Below the pieces are notes generated by a model that saw only the letters and a program-made list of their open reading frames with translations, searched no databases and was not told the DNA's origin. Source: the human T2T-CHM13v2.0 reference genome, Homo sapiens. Taken from it: a stretch of DNA of 64,000 nt. Location of the stretch: assembly GCF_009914755.1 (NCBI RefSeq), contig NC_060945.1. One strand, 5' to 3'. A program made the position numbers and the translations under genes. Every line of letters starts with the position of its first letter. Within the stretch, counting starts at the first letter, position 1. Positions 28,272 to 44,513 of the stretch are shown here, piece after piece.

Positions 28272-29331
28272 CTTGCATTCCATTCCATTCCTTTCCATTC
28301 CATTCCAGTCCACTCCACTCCAATCCATTCCATTCCACTCCACTCCATTCTATTCCTTTCCATTCCATTTCATTCCATTCCACTGCACTCCCATCTTCTC
28401 CACTCAACTCCACTCCACTCCCTTCTGTTCCATTCCATTCCATTCTTTTCCATTCCTTTCCGTTCCATTCCATTCCACTTCGCTCCATTCCATTCCACTC
28501 CACTCTTCTCCACTCCATTCCACTCCACTCCACTGCACTCCGTTCCATTCCATTCCATTCCATTCCATTCCACTACAGTCCGATCCCCTCCACTCACCTC
28601 TACTCCACTGCACTACACTCCACTCCGCTCGATTCCGTTCTGTTCCATTCAGTTCTGCTCTGTTCCATGCCGTTGCATTCCACTCCATTCCATTCCACTC
28701 CATTCTATTGCACTTCATTCCAATCCATTCCTTTCCACTCCATTCCACTCCATTGCATTCCATTCCACTCCACTCCATTCCACTCCACTCCACTCCATTT
28801 TACTCCACTCCGTTCCAACTCACTCCTCTCCATTTCACTCCATTCCACTCCCTTCCACCCCATTCCTCTCCACGCCAATTTGTTCCATTCCAATCAATTC
28901 CATTCCATTTCACTCCATTCAACTCCATTCCACTCCATTCCAATCCACTCGATTCCACTCAACTCCATTTCACTCCACTCCACTCTGTTACTTTCCATTG
29001 CATTCCTCTCCACTCCATTGCATTCCATTGCATTCCCCTCCATTACATTGCATTCCCTTCCATTGCAGTTCATTCCACTCCATTCCACTCTATTACACTC
29101 CACTACACTCCACTCCATTACACTCCACTCCATTCCATTAAACTCCATTCCATTCCACTACATTCCATTCCACTCCATTCCTTTCCACTACATTCCTTTC
29201 CATTCCATTCCACTCCATTCCACTCCACTCCATTCCACTCCACTCCATTCCAGTCCACTCCACTCCATTCCACTTCATTCCATTCCACTCCACTCCATTT
29301 CATTCCATTCTACTCCATTCCATTTCTTTCC

Positions 29332-29408
29332 TTAATTTCTGCTGGATCTCACTCTGTCAGCCAGACTGGAATGCAGTGCCACAATCTTATCTCACATTTC
29401 ATTTCACC
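29332..29408 (-). repeat. Alu-derived spacer 20 (copy of 3)
   Basis: Duplicate at +27667. Confidence 0.9.
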
Positions 29409-30168
29409 ATTCCATTCCATTCCATTCAACTGCATTCCATTCCATTTCATTCCACTCCACTCCACTCCATTCGACTCCAATCCACTCCACTCCATTCCAT
29501 TCCACTCCACTCCAAACCACTCAGTTCCTTTGCACTGCATGCCATTCCATTCCATTCCATTTCATTCCTTTCCACTGCCCTCCGATCCACTCCACTCAAC
29601 TCCCCTCTACTGCACTCCACTCCATTCCGTTCCATTCCAATCCATTCCATTCCATTCTATTCCATTACGTTCTATTTCTTTCCATTCCACTCCACTCCCC
29701 TCCATTCCACTCGACTGCACTCCACTTCACTGCACTCCGCTTCACTCCATTTCATTCCATTCCATTCCATTCCACTGCACTCAGATCCACTCCACTCAAA
29801 TCCACTCCGCTGCACTCCACTCCAAATCTTTCCATTCATTTCTGTTCTGTTCCTTTTTTTTCCATTCCACTTCATTCCATTCCACTCCACTCCATTCCAC
29901 TCCACTCAATTTCACTCAATTCAACTCCATTCCACTCCAATCCACTCCACTCCACTACACTGCACTCTATTCCTTTCAACTCCGTTCCATTCCACTTCAT
30001 ACCATTCCATTGCATTCCACTACATTCTATTCCATTCCACAACATTCCGCTCCTTTACACTCCACTCCATTCCACTCAACTCCATTCCACTCCACAACAA
30101 TCCATTCCTCTCCATTCCATTCCACTTCTCTTCAATCCATTATATTCTACTCCATTCCATTCCATTCT

Positions 30169-30245
30169 TTTATTTCGAATGGATCTCGCTCTGCTACACA
30201 GACAGGAGTGCAGTTAAACAGTCTTAGCTCACTTTTCATTTCATC
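30169..30245 (-). repeat. Alu-derived spacer 21 (copy of 4)
   Basis: Duplicate at +27667. Confidence 0.88.
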
Positions 30246-33200
30246 GATCCATTCCATTCCATTCCATTCAATTGTACTCCATTCCACTGCATTCTGATCC
30301 GCTCCAATAAACTCCACTCCACTCAACTCCGTTCCATTTTATTCCATTCCATTCCACTCCACTCCAATGCATTCCATTCCACTCCATTGTAATCCAATCA
30401 ACTCCACTCCACTATATTCCATTCCAATCCACTCCTCTCCAATCAACACCACTACCCTCCACTCCACTCCAATCCGGTCCATTTCGTTCCATTCCCTTCC
30501 AACCCATTCCAATACTTTCCACTCCATTCCACTCCACTCCTTTCCATTCCCCTTCATTCCACTTCTTTCCACTCCACTCTATTCCACTCCACTCCACTCC
30601 ATTCCACTGAACTCCACTCCACTCAACTCCGTTGCATTCACTTCCATTCCATTTGATTCCGTTCCATTTCACTCCATTCCATTCCACTCCACTCCATTCC
30701 ATTCCTCTCCATTCCATTCCACTCCACTCCATTTCACTCCATTCCACTCGATTCCACTCCAATCCACTCCATTCCTTTCCATTCCATTCCATTCCACTCC
30801 ATTCCATTCTATTTCTTTCCACTCCATTCCACTCTTGTCCACCGCACTCCATTCCACTCCACTCTATTCTACTCCACTCCATTCCACTCCATTCCATTCC
30901 ATTCCACCCCATTCCGTTTCATTCCACTCCATTCTATTCCATGCCACTAGATTCCATTACATTCCACTCCACTGCCCTCCAATACATTCCACTCCACTCC
31001 ATTCCTTTCCACTACAATCCACTCCACTCCACTCCATTCTTTTCCATTCCCTTCCGTTCCATTTCATTCCATTCCATTCCATTCCGTTCCGTTCCGTTCC
31101 ATTCCATTCCATTCCATTCCATTCCCCTGCACTCCGATACACTTCACTCAATTCTAATCCACTCAACTCCACTCAGTTCCGTTCCCTTCCATTCCTTTCC
31201 ACTTCGTTCCATTCCACTCCATTCCATTCCATTCCACTAAACTCCATTCCACTCAACTCCATTCCCTTCACTCCACTCCACTCCGCAAAACTCCACTCCA
31301 CTCCATTCCACTCCACTCTGTTCCAGTCCATTCCACTCCACTCCACTCCACTCTGTTCCACTCCATTCCACTCCATTCCACTCCACTTCACTCCACTCCA
31401 CTCTACTCCAATTCGTTCCATTCAGTTCCTTTCCTATCTATTCCATTTGGTTCCGTTCCATTCCACTCCTTTCCATTCCAATCCACTCCATGCCACTCCA
31501 CTCCATTTCATCCATTTCACTCCACTCCACTCCATTCCACTCCACTCCATTGCATTCCACTTCATTCCATTCCATTCCACTCCACTCCATTCCATTCCAT
31601 TCCGTTCCAATCCATTCCACTGCACTCTGATCCACTGCCATCAACTCCACTCCACTTCACTCCACTCCGTTGCATTCCGTTTCATTCCATTCCATTGCAT
31701 TCCATTTCATTGAATTCCATTCCATTCAATTCCATTCCACTACACTCTGATCCACTCCACTCAACTTCAATCCACTCCACTCCACCCCAATACCATTCCA
31801 TTCTGTTCCATACCACTCCATTCCATTCCATTCCACACCACTCCATTCTATTCCATTTCACTCCTTTCCATTTCATTCCACTCCATTCCATTCCATTCAA
31901 CTGGATTCCATTGCATTCCACTCCACTACAATCTATTGTACTCCACTGCATTTCATTCCATTCCACTACACTACACTACTCTACACTGTACTCCATTCCA
32001 TTCCATTCCACTCCACTCCCTTCCATTACATTCCATTTGATTCCATTCCATTCCATTCCATTCCGTTGCATTCCACTGCATTCCTGTCCATTCCATTCCA
32101 TTCCTTTCCACTCCATTCCATTCCAATCCACTCCACTCCAGTGCATTCCGTTCCACTCCACTCCATTCCGTTCCACTCCACGTCATTCCATTCCATTCCA
32201 TTCCATTCCATTCCTTTCCATTCCATTCCATTCCGTTCCATTCTATTCCACTCCACTCCATTCCATTCCATTCCAACAAATTCCATTCCATTCCACACCA
32301 TCCACTCCACTCCAATCCACTCCACTCCACTCCACTCCATTCCATTCCATTCCGTTCTATTCCATTCCACTCCACTCCACTCCACTCCATTCCATTCCAT
32401 TCCATTCCATTCCACTACACTCCTATCCACTGCACTCAACTCCACTCCATTCCACTCCACTCCATTCTATTCCATTCCATTCCATGCCATTCCATTTCAT
32501 TCCATTTCGTTCTGTTCCATTACATTCCATTCCACTCCACTCCATTCCTTCCTTCTCCATTCCACTCCAATCCACTCCACTCCACTCCACTCCACTCCAC
32601 TCCAATCCATTCCATTCCGTTCCATTCCATTCTGTTCTATTCCATTCCTTTCCACTGCATTCCATTCCACTCCACTCCATTCCACTTCACTCCCTTCCAC
32701 TCAATTCCTCTCCATTCCATTCTACTCCACCCCAATCCATTCCATTTCTCTCCTACATTCCATTCCATTCCACTCCACTTCATTCCACCCCACCCCATTC
32801 CATTCCACTCAACTCCACTCTATTCCACTCCTCTCCACTCCAATTCTCTCCACTCCATTCCATTTAACTCCATTCCATTCCATTCCATTCTCTCTATTCC
32901 ATTCCATTCCACTCCACTCCATTCCATTCCATTCCACTCGATTCCACTCCACACCACTCCATTCCACTTAATTCCATTCCACTCCACTCCATTCCATTCT
33001 ATTACATTCCATTCCATTCCACTCCGCTCCACTCCATTCCAGTCCAGTCCTCTCCATTCCATTACATTCTATTCCATTCCAACCCACTCTGTTCCATTCC
33101 ATTGCATTCCATTCCATTTCACTGCACTCCGATCCGCTCCACTCAACTCCGCTCTACTCCATTCCATTCCACTCCACTCCATTCCATTCCATTCCACTCG

Positions 33201-33950
33201 ATTCCACTCCACACCACTCCATTCCACTCAATTCCATTCCACTCCACTCCATTCCATTCTATTACATTCCATTCCATTCCACTCCGCTCCACTCCACTCC
33301 AGTCCAGTCCTCTCCATTCCATTACATTCTATTCCATTCCAACCCACTCCGTTCCATTCCATTGCATTCCATTCCATTTCACTGCACTCTGATCCGCTCC
33401 ACTCAACTCCGCTCTACTCCACTCCACTCCATTTCATTCCATTCCATGTCACACCACTCAATTCCATTCCATTCCATTCCATTCAATTCCACTGCACTCT
33501 GATCCACTCCACTCAATTCCACTCCACTCCACTCCACTCCGTTCCTTTCCGTTCCATTCCATTCCACTCCATTCCATTCCAGTCAGTTCCATTCCATTCC
33601 ATTCCATGACACTCCTTTCCATTCAACTTCATTGCACTCCATTCCACACCACTCCACTCCAATTCACTCCGTTCTATTCTGTTCCATCACATTCCATTCT
33701 GTTCCGTTCCATTCCACTCCATTCCATTCCACTACACTCCATTCCACTCCAATCAATTTCACTCCATTCCACTCCATTCAACTCCAATCCTCTCCACTCC
33801 ACTCCACTCAGTACCTTTCCACTCCATTCCATTCAATTCTACTCCATTCTATTCCATTGTGTTCTGCTCCATTCCACTCCACCCCTCTCCATTCCACTCC
33901 ACTGCGTTCCACTCCATTCCATTCCATTTCACTCCTTTCCATTCCATTCC

Positions 33951-34027
33951 TTTGTTTCGAAAGGATAGCACACTTTCTACCAGACTGGAGTGCAGTGGCA
34001 CAATGTTATCTCACATTTCATTTCACC
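33951..34027 (-). repeat. Alu-derived spacer 22 (copy of 5)
   Basis: Duplicate at +27667. Confidence 0.88.
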
Positions 34028-35514
34028 ATTCCATTCATTCCAATCCATTCCATTCCCTTCCACTCCAATCCCCTCCACTCCATTCCAATACATTCCATTC
34101 CATTCCACTCAACTCCATTCCATTCCATTCCATTCTACTGCACTCCGATCCACTCAAGTCTACTCCACTCCACCCCACTCCACTCCATTTCGTTCCTTTC
34201 CATTCCATTGCATCCCATTCCATTGCATTCAGTTCCATTCCATTCCATTCAATTCCACTAAACTCCATTCCATTCCACTCCATTCCACTCCACTCCATTC
34301 CACTAAATTTCATTCCATTCCACTGCACTCCTCTCCACTCAACTCTACTCCACTTCACTCCATTCTGTTCCAATCCATTCCATTCCTTTCCATTCCATTC
34401 CATTCCACTCCATTCCATTCCACTATACTCCATTTTACTCCATTCCACTCAACTCCACTCCACTCCACTCAACTCCACTCCACTCCACTACACTCTACTG
34501 CATTCCAGTCAACTCCACTCCATTCCATGCCACTCCATTCCATTCCACTCCACTCTGCTCCATTCCATTCCACTCCATTCCACTCCACTCCTCTCCACTC
34601 CATTCCATTCCACTCCACTCCAATCCACTCCACTCCTTTAAACTCCATTCCATTCCAATCCACTCCTCTCCCTTCCATTCCATTGCATTCCATTGCATTC
34701 CTTTCCATTCCACTACATTCCATTCCATTCCACTGCACTCCCATCCAATCCACTCAACTCCACTCCACTCCGTCTGTTTCCTGCAATTCCATTCCGTTGC
34801 ATTCCATTCCATTCCATTCCTTTACTTTCTGTTCCACTAGACTCCATTCCATTCCATTCCACTCCACTTCACCCCACTCCATTCCATTCCACGCCACTCC
34901 ATTCCATTACACTCTGATCCACTCAACTCAACTCCACTCCACTCCTGTCCACTCCACTCCATTCCGTTCTGTTCCATTCCATTACTTTCAATTCCTTTCC
35001 ATTCCGTTGCATTCCATTCTATTCCAGTCCAGTCCAGTCCACTCCACTCCGCTCCACTCCACGCCACTCCATTCCAGTCTTCTACAATCCACTCTACTCT
35101 GCTTCGTTCCATTTCTTTCCATTGTGCTCTGTTCCATTCTGTTCCATTCCACACCATTCCATTCCACTCCACTCCATTCCACTCCACTCCATTCCACTCC
35201 ACTCTATTCCACTCCACTCCATTCCATTACATTGCATTCCATTCCTTGCACTTCGATGCACTCCAAACAAATCCACTGCACTCCACTCTACTCTGTTCCA
35301 CTCAGTTCTGTTGTGTTCCATTCCGTACTGTTCCATTCCACTCCATTTCACTCCTTTCCACTTCATTCCATTCCATTCCATGCCACTCCATTCCACTCCA
35401 TTCCACTCGTCTCGATTCCACTCCACTCCATTCCACTCCACTCTACACCATTCCACTCCATTCTATTCCTCTCTGCTCCTTTCCATTTCATTCCACTCCA
35501 TTCCATTCCATTCC

Positions 35515-35591
35515 TTTATTTCGACTGGTTCTCCCTCTTTCACCCAGACAGGAGTGCAGTTGCACTATCTTAGCTCACATTTCATTTACAC
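35515..35591 (-). repeat. Alu-derived spacer 23 (copy of 6)
   Basis: Duplicate at +27667. Confidence 0.88.
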
Positions 35592-36998
35592 ATTCCATTC
35601 CATTCCATTCCATTTCACTCCACTCCACTCCACCCCACTGTTCCATTCCCCGCCACCTCATTCCATTCCACTCCACCCCACTCCATTCCACTCCACTCCA
35701 CTCCATTCCACTCAACTCCTCTCCATACCACTAAACTCCACTCCATTCCATTTCACTCCACTCTATTCCATTCCACTTCACTCCTTTCCATTCCATTCCC
35801 CTCCACTCCATTCAATTCCACTCCACTCCATTTAATCCCATTCTGTTCCATTTCATTCCACTCCACTCTTCTTCATTCCATTCCATTCCATTCCATTCCA
35901 TTCCATTCCATTCCATTTCACTGTACTCCGTTGCACTGTACTCGACTCAGCTCCATTCCACTCCACTCCGTTCCCCTCCATTGCATTCCGTTCCTTTTCA
36001 TTCCATTCCATTCCATTCCATTGCATTCCGTTCCTTTCCATTCCATTCCATTCCGTTCCATTCCATTCCATTCCATTCCACTCCATTCCGTTCCACTCCA
36101 TTCCACTCCACTCCACTCCACTCTGTTCCTTTCAATTCCATTACATTTTGTTCCATTCCGTTCCACTCTATTCTACTCCACTCCACTCTGTTCCATTCAA
36201 TTCCATTACATTCTGTTTTATTCCATTTGATTCCACTCCATTCAATTCCACTCCACTCCATTCCACTCCACTCCTTTTCACACCATTGCACTCTATTCCA
36301 ATCCACACCATTCCACTCCACTCCATTCCATTCTATTCCGTTCAACTGCACTCCATTCCATTCCATTCCATTGCATTGCATTCCATTGCATTCCACTGCA
36401 CTCTGTTCCACTGCTCTCAAGTCCACTCCACTCCAATCCATTGCACTCCGTTACATACCGTTCCATTCCATTCCATTCCTCTCCATTCTGTTCCATTCCA
36501 TTACATTATTTTCCACTCCAATCCATTCCACTCCATTCCACTCCATACCACTCCATTGCACTACAACCCATTCCTCTCCATTCCATTCCATTCCACTGCA
36601 CCCCGATCCATTCCATTCCACTCCAATCCACTCCACTCCACTCCATTCTGTTCTATTCCATTCCATTCTGTACCGTTCCATTCCACTCCATTCCACTCCA
36701 CTCCACTTCACTCCACTCCACTCCACGCCACCTCTCTCCACTCTATTCCACTCCATTCCAAGCCTATCCGCTCCATTGCTTTCCATTCCTTTCCACTCCA
36801 TTCCATCCCATTCCACTGCACTCCATTCCACTCCACTCCATTTCACTCCATTCCTCTTCATTCCACTCCATTCCATTCCATTCCTCTCCATTCCGTTCCA
36901 TTCCACTCCACTAAATTCCACTCCCCAAAACTCCATTCCACTCCATTTCATTCCACTCCACTGCATTCCATTACATTTTAATCCATTCCTTTCCTTCC

Positions 36999-37076
36999 TT
37001 TAATTTCGACTGTATCTCACTCTCTCACCCAGACTTGAGTGCAGTGGCACAATCTTAGCTCACATTTCATGTCACC
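36999..37076 (-). repeat. Alu-derived spacer 24 (copy of 7)
   Basis: Duplicate at +27672. Confidence 0.9.
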
Positions 37077-40000
37077 ATTCCACTCTATTGCTTTCTATTC
37101 CACTCCATTCCATTCCATTCCACTCCACTCCACTCCACTCTACTCCACTGCACTCAACTGAATTCCAGTCCCATCCACTCCATTCCATTCCACTCTGTTC
37201 CATTCCACTCCACTATCCTTCATTACACTGTAGTCCACTCCATTCCTTTCCACTACAATCCACTCCATTCCATTCCATTTCATTCCACTCCAATCCATTC
37301 CATTCCACTCCACTCCATTCCACTGCACTCCACTCCTCTCCACTCCATTCCATTCCATTCCATTCCACTTCATTCCATTCCATTCCACTCCATTCCATTC
37401 CATTCCATTCCACTCCATTTCATTCCATTCCACTCCATTCCATTCCATTCCATTCCACTGCATTCCAATCCACTTGACTCAACTCCACTCCACTACACTC
37501 TACTCCACTCCATTCCGTTCCCTTCAATTCCATTGCATTCCATTCCATTCCATTCCATTCCACTCCAACACATTCCATTCCACACCATTCCACTCCACTC
37601 CACCACACTCCACTATACTTCACTCCGTTCCATTCCATTCCATGCCACTGCCCTTCGTTCCACTCCACTCAACTCCACTCCACACCACCCCACTCTGTTC
37701 CATTCTTTTCCGTTCCATTCCGTTCCATTCCCCTCCATTACACTCCATTCCACTCCACTCCACTCCCTCCTCTCCATTAAACTCCAATCCATTCCATTCC
37801 ACTGCACTCCAATCCACTCCACTCAACTCCACTCCACTCCATTCCAGTCCGTTCCCCTTTTTTCTATTCCTTTCCGTTCCGTTCCATTCCACTCCAATCC
37901 ATTCCTTTCCACTGCAATCCATTCCATTCCACTCCATTCCACTCCACTCAACTCCACTCCATTCCATTCCTCTCCAGTCCATTATATTCCACTCCATTCC
38001 GTTCCACTCCACTCCACTCCATTCTACTACACTACACTCCATTCCATTCCATTTCACTCCACTCCATTTCACTCCATTCCACTCAATTCCACTCCACACC
38101 ACTCCACTGCACTCCACTCCATTCCATTTTATTCCAATCCATTCCATTCCACACCATTCCGCTCAACTCCACCACACTCCACTCTAGTCCACTGCATTCC
38201 ATTCCATTACGTTCCATTCCATTCTACTCCACTCCACTCCATTCCATTCCATTTCAATGAACTCCGATCCACTGCACTCAACTCCATTCCAGTCCACTCC
38301 ACCCCGTTCTGTTCTGTTCCATTCCATTCCATTCCGTTCTGTTCCATTCCATTCCATTACACTCCATTCCCTTCCACTCTACTCCACTCCATTCAACTCC
38401 AGTCCATTTCACTACATTTCACTGCATTCAACGCCACATCACTCCACTCCACTCCACTCCATTCTGTTCCATTCCACTCCACTCCATTCCTTTCCATTCC
38501 CTTCCATTCCATTCCATTCCATTCCATTCCATTCCACTGCTCTCTGATCCACTGCACTCAACTCCACTCCACTCCACTCCACTCGGTTTTGTTCCGTTCC
38601 ATTCCATTCCATTCCTTTCGGTTCCATTTAACTCCATTCCATTCCACTCCACTCCAGTCCACTCCACTCCACTCCATTCCACTTCATTGCATTCCCTTCC
38701 ACTACACTTCGATCCACTGCACTTAACTCCACTCCACCCCACTCCGCTCTGTTCCATTCCGTTCCGTTCCATTCCATTCCACTCCATTCCATTCCACTCC
38801 ACTTCATTCCACTCCATTCCACTCCATTCCACTCCACTCCTCTCCACTCCACTCCACTGAACTCCAATCCATTCCACTCCACTCCACTCCACTCCACTGA
38901 ACTCCACTCCATTCCATACCACTACATTCCATTCATTTCCACTCCATTCCATTCCTCTCCATTCCACTCCATTCCACTCCACTCCGCTCTACTCCACTCC
39001 ATTTCATTTCATTCCACTACCCTCTGTTCCATTCCACTCCATTCCATTACACTCCACTCTAATCCATTCTACTCCACTGCACTCTACTCCATTCCATTCC
39101 ATTCCACTCTGATCCATTCCATTCCACTGCACTCCTCTCCACTCTATTCCATTCCATTCCACTCCACTCCACTCCATTCCATTCCATTATATACCATTCT
39201 GTTCCATTCCATTCCACTTCACTCCACTACATTCCATTCCATTCCATGCCATGCCATTCCATTCCATACCATTCCACTGCAATCCGATTAACTCCACACA
39301 ACTCCATTCCAGTCCATTCCACAACACTCCGTTCTGTTCCGTTCCACTCTATTCCTTTCAATTCCATTCCATTCCATTCCATTCCATTCCATTCCATTCC
39401 ATTCCATTCCATTCTTTTCCACTCCACTGCCTTCCATTCCACTCCATTCCATTCTACTCCACTCCACTCCACTCCAGTGATTTCCATTCCCCTCCCCTGC
39501 TTCCCATTCCACTCGACTCCCCTCAACTCTGTTCCATTCCGTCCTGTTCCACTCTCTTCCTTTCCATTCCTTTCCACTCCATTCCATTCCTCTCCTCTCC
39601 ATTCCACTCCACTCCATTTCACTCCATTACAATCCATTTCACTCCACAGCACTGCACTCAACTGCACTCCTTTCCATCAATTCCTCTCCACTCCTTTCCA
39701 TTCCATTCCATTCCATTCCACTGTACTCAGATCCACTGCATTCAACTCCACCCCACTCCACTCCACTCCACTCTGTTCCGTTCCATTCCATTCCGTTCCA
39801 TTCCATTCCATTCCATTCCATTCCATTCCAATTAATTCCATTCCATTCCACTCCACTGCATTCCACTGCATTCCATTCCACTCCACTCCATTCCACTCCA
39901 ATCACTTCCATTCCACTGCACTCTGATCCACTCCAATCAACTCCACTCCACTTCATTCACGTCCGTTCCACTCCGTTCTGTTCCCTTTTGTTCCATTAAG

Positions 40001-43000
40001 TTCCACTCCACTCCATTCCACTACACTGTATTACACTCCATTCCACTCCATTCCACTCCACTCATCTTAACTCCATTCCATTCCACTCCACTCCATTCTA
40101 TTCAATTCCATTCCATTAAACTCCACTCCACTCCATTCTACTCCACTCCTTTCCATTCCATTCCACTCCATTCCATTCCACTAAACTCCATTCGACTCCA
40201 CTCCACTCCACTTCTCTCCACTCCACTCCACTGAACTTCACTCCATTCCATATCACTCCATTCCATTAATTTCCACTCCATTCCATTCCTCTCCATTCCA
40301 CTCCATTCCACTCCACTCCACTCTACTCCACTCCATTCCATTTCATTCCACTACCCTCTGTTCCATTCCACTCCATTCCATTACACTCCACTCTAATCCA
40401 TTCTACTCCACTCCACTCTACTCCATTCCATTCCATTCCACTCCAATCCATTCCATTCCACTGCACTCCACTCCACTCTATTCCATTCCATTCCATTCCA
40501 CTCCACTCCATTCCATTCCACTCCACTCCACTCCATTCCATTCCATTACATACCATTCTGTTCCATTCCATTCCACTTCACTCCACTCCATTCCATTCCA
40601 TGCCATGCCATTCCATTCCATACCATTCTGTTCCATTCCATTCCACTTCACTCCACTCCATTCCATTCCATTTCATGCCGTGGCATTCCATTCCATTCCA
40701 TTCCACTGCACTCCGATTAACTCCACACAACTCCATTCCATTCCACTCCACAACACTCCGTTCTGTTCCGTTCCATTCTCTTCCATTCCATTCCATTCCA
40801 TTCCATTCCATTCCAATCCATTATTTTCCACTCCACTGCCTTCCATTCCACTCCATTCCATTGTACTCCACCCCATTCCACTCCATTGCTTTCCATTCCA
40901 CTCCCCTGCTTTCCATTCCACTCGACTCCCCTCAACTCTGTTCCATTCCGTCGTGTTCCATTCTCTTCCTTTCCATTCCTTTCCACTCCATTCCATTCCT
41001 CTCCTCTCCATTCCACTCCACTCCATTTCACTCCATTACAATCCATTTCACTCCACAGCACTGCACTCAACTGCACTCCTTTCCATTCAACTCCTGTCCA
41101 CTCCTTTCCCTTCTATTCCATTCCATTCCACTGCACTCAGATCCACTGCACTCAACTCCACCCCACTCCACTCCACTCCACTCTGTTCCATCACTTTCCA
41201 TTCCATTCCATTCCATTCCATGGCATTCTAATTAATTCCATTCCATTCCACTCCACTGCATTCCACTGCATTCCATTCCACTCCACTCCATTCCACTCTA
41301 ATCAATTCCATTCCACTGCACTCTGATCCACTCCAATCAACTCCACTCCACTTCATTCACGTCCGTTCCACTCCGCTCTGTTCCCTTCCATTCCATTAAG
41401 TTCCACTCCATTCCATTCCACTGCACTATATTACGCTCCATTCCACTCCATTCCTCTCCACTCATCTTAACTACCTTCCATTCCACTCCACTCCATTCTA
41501 CACAATTCTATTCCATTAAACTCCACTCCACTCCATTCTACTCCCCTCCACTCCATTCCATTCCATTCCACTCCATTCCATTCCACTAAACTCCATTCGA
41601 CTCCACTCCACTCCACTTCACTCCACTCCACTTCACTCCACTCCACTCCACTGAACTTCACTCCATTTCATACCACTCCATTCCATTCATTTCCACTAAA
41701 TTCCATTCCTCTCCATTCCACTCCATTCCACTCCACTCCACTCTACTCCACTCCATTCCATTTCATTCCACTCCCACCTATTCCATTCCATTCCATTCCA
41801 TTACACTCCACTCTACTCCATTCTACTCCACTCCACTCCGTTACATTCTATTCCACTCCAGTCCATTCCATTCCACTGAACTCCACTCCACTCTATTCCA
41901 TTCCATTCCACTCCAATCCATTCCATTCCACTGTACTCTACTCCACTCTATTCCATTCCATTCCACTCCACTCCACTCCACTCCATTCCATTCCATTACA
42001 TACCATTCTGATCTATTCCCTTCCTCTTCACTCCACTCTATTCCATTCCATTCCATTCCATGCCATTCAATTCCATGCCATTCCATTCCACTGCACTCCG
42101 ATTAACTCCATACAACTCCATTCCATTCCACTCCATAACACTCCATTCTGTTCTGTTCCATTTTGTTTCATTCCATTCCATTCCATCCCGTTCCATTCCA
42201 TTCTATTCCACTCCATGGCATTCCATTCCACTCCATTCCATTCTACTCCACTCCACTCCACTCCACTGCTTTCCATTCCACTCGACTCCCCTCAACTCTG
42301 TTCCATTCCGTCCCGTTCCATTCTCTTCCTTTCCATTCCATTCCACTCCATTCCATTCTTCTCCTCTCCATTCCACTCCACTCCATTTCACTCCATTACA
42401 ATCCATTTCATTCCACACCACTCCTCTCAACTCCATTCCTTTCCATTCAATTCCTCTCCACTCCTTTCCATTCCATTCCATTCCATTTCATTCCACTGCA
42501 CTCAGATCCACTGCCCTCAACTCCATTCCACTCCACTCCATTCCATTTAATTCCTCTGCACTCAAATCCACTGCACTCAACTCCACTCCACTCTGTTCCC
42601 TTCCATTCCATTCCATTGCATTCCATTCTGTTCCAATTAATTCCATTCCATGCCACTCCACTGCATTCCACTCCATTCCACTCCACTCCACTCCACTCCA
42701 TTCCACTATAATCAATTCCATTCCACTGCACTCTGATCCACTCCAATGAACTCCACTCCACTCCATTCATGTCCTTTCCACTCCGTTCTGTTCCCTTCCA
42801 TTCCATTATGTTCCACTCCATTCCATTCCACTCCATTGCATCCCACTCCATTCCACTCCACTCAACTTAACTCCATTCCACTCCACTCCACTTAACTCCA
42901 TTCCATTCCATTCCATTCCATTCTTTTCCAATCCACTCCATGCCATTCAACTCCACTGCATTCCATTCCATTTGACTGCACTCCATTCTATTCCATTCCA

Positions 43001-44436
43001 TTTTGTTCCATTCCACTGTCCTCCAATCCACTCCACTCAACTGCACTCCACTCCGCTCCACTCCATTCCATTCCATTCCATTCCATTTCATTCCACTCCT
43101 TTCCATTCCATTGCACTAAATTCCTTTCCATTCCACACCACTCCATTGCATTCCATTCCACACCATTCCATTTCATTCCACTCCATTCCATTGCATTCCA
43201 CTAGATTCAATTACATTCCACTCCACTCAACTCCACTCCACTCTACTCAGTTCCGTTCTGTTACATTCCATTCTGTTCTTTTCCATTCCATTCCATTCCC
43301 TTCCGCTCCACTTTATTCCATTCCACTCTATTCCATTCCACTCCCCTCCACTCCACTCCGCTCCACTCCACTCAACTCCATTCCACTCCACTCCACTCTA
43401 CTCCAATTTGTTCCATTCCGTTCCTTTCCATTCTGTTCCATTGCGTTCCATTCCACTCCATTCCATTCCACTCCACTCCACTCCATTTTACTAAATTCCA
43501 CTTCATTCATCTCCACTCCACTCCACTCCATTACATTCCATTTCATTGCACTCCACTCCATTCCATTCCATTCCTTTCCATTCCATTCAATTCCATGCCA
43601 CTCCACTGCACTCCAATCCACTCCACTCAAATCCATTCCACTCCACTCCATTCTGTTCTGTTTCATTCCATTGCTTTCCATTCCATTCCTTTCCATTCCA
43701 TTCAATTTCATTTCATTCCACTGCATTCCATTCCACTCCATTACACTCCACTCCACTCCACTCGAATCCACTCCACTCCACTCCATTCCACTACACTACA
43801 CTCCATTCCATTCCATTCCATTCCACTGCAACTCCGATTCACTCCACTCCATTCCACTACACTACACTCCATTCCATTCCATTCCATTCCATTCCACTGC
43901 AACTCCGATTCACTCCACTGAATTCCAATCCACTTCACTCCATTGCATTCAATTCAATGCCACCCCACTCCTTTCCATTCAATTTATTTCCATTCCATTC
44001 CGTTCCACTGCACTCCGATTAGCTCCGCTAAACTCCACTCCACTCCACTCCTCCCCGTTCCTTTCTGTTCCATTCCATTCCATTCCATTCCAATCCGTAC
44101 AATTCCATTCCATTCCACACCACTCAATTCCATACAACTCCATAGCACTCCACTCCACTCCAACTCACTCCAATCGACTCCACTCAACTCCACTCCTCTC
44201 CACTCCACTGCACTCCATTCCACTCTGATCCCCTCCAGTCCACTCCACTCCATTCCATTCTGTTCCATTCCATTTCCTTTCGTTCTGTTCCATTCATCTC
44301 CATTCCATTCCTTTCCATCCCACTCGATTCCACTCCACTAAATTCCACTCCACTCTATTCCACTCCACTCCACTCCATATCACTCCATTCCATTTCACTC
44401 CACTTCATTACATTCTACTCCATTCCATTCAATTCC

Positions 44437-44513
44437 TTTATTTCCACTGGATGTCACTCTGTCACTCAAACTGGAGTGCAGTGGCACAATCTTAGCTCAC
44501 ATTTCATTTCACA
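44437..44513 (-). repeat. Alu-derived spacer 25 (copy of 8)
   Basis: Duplicate at +27667. Confidence 0.9.
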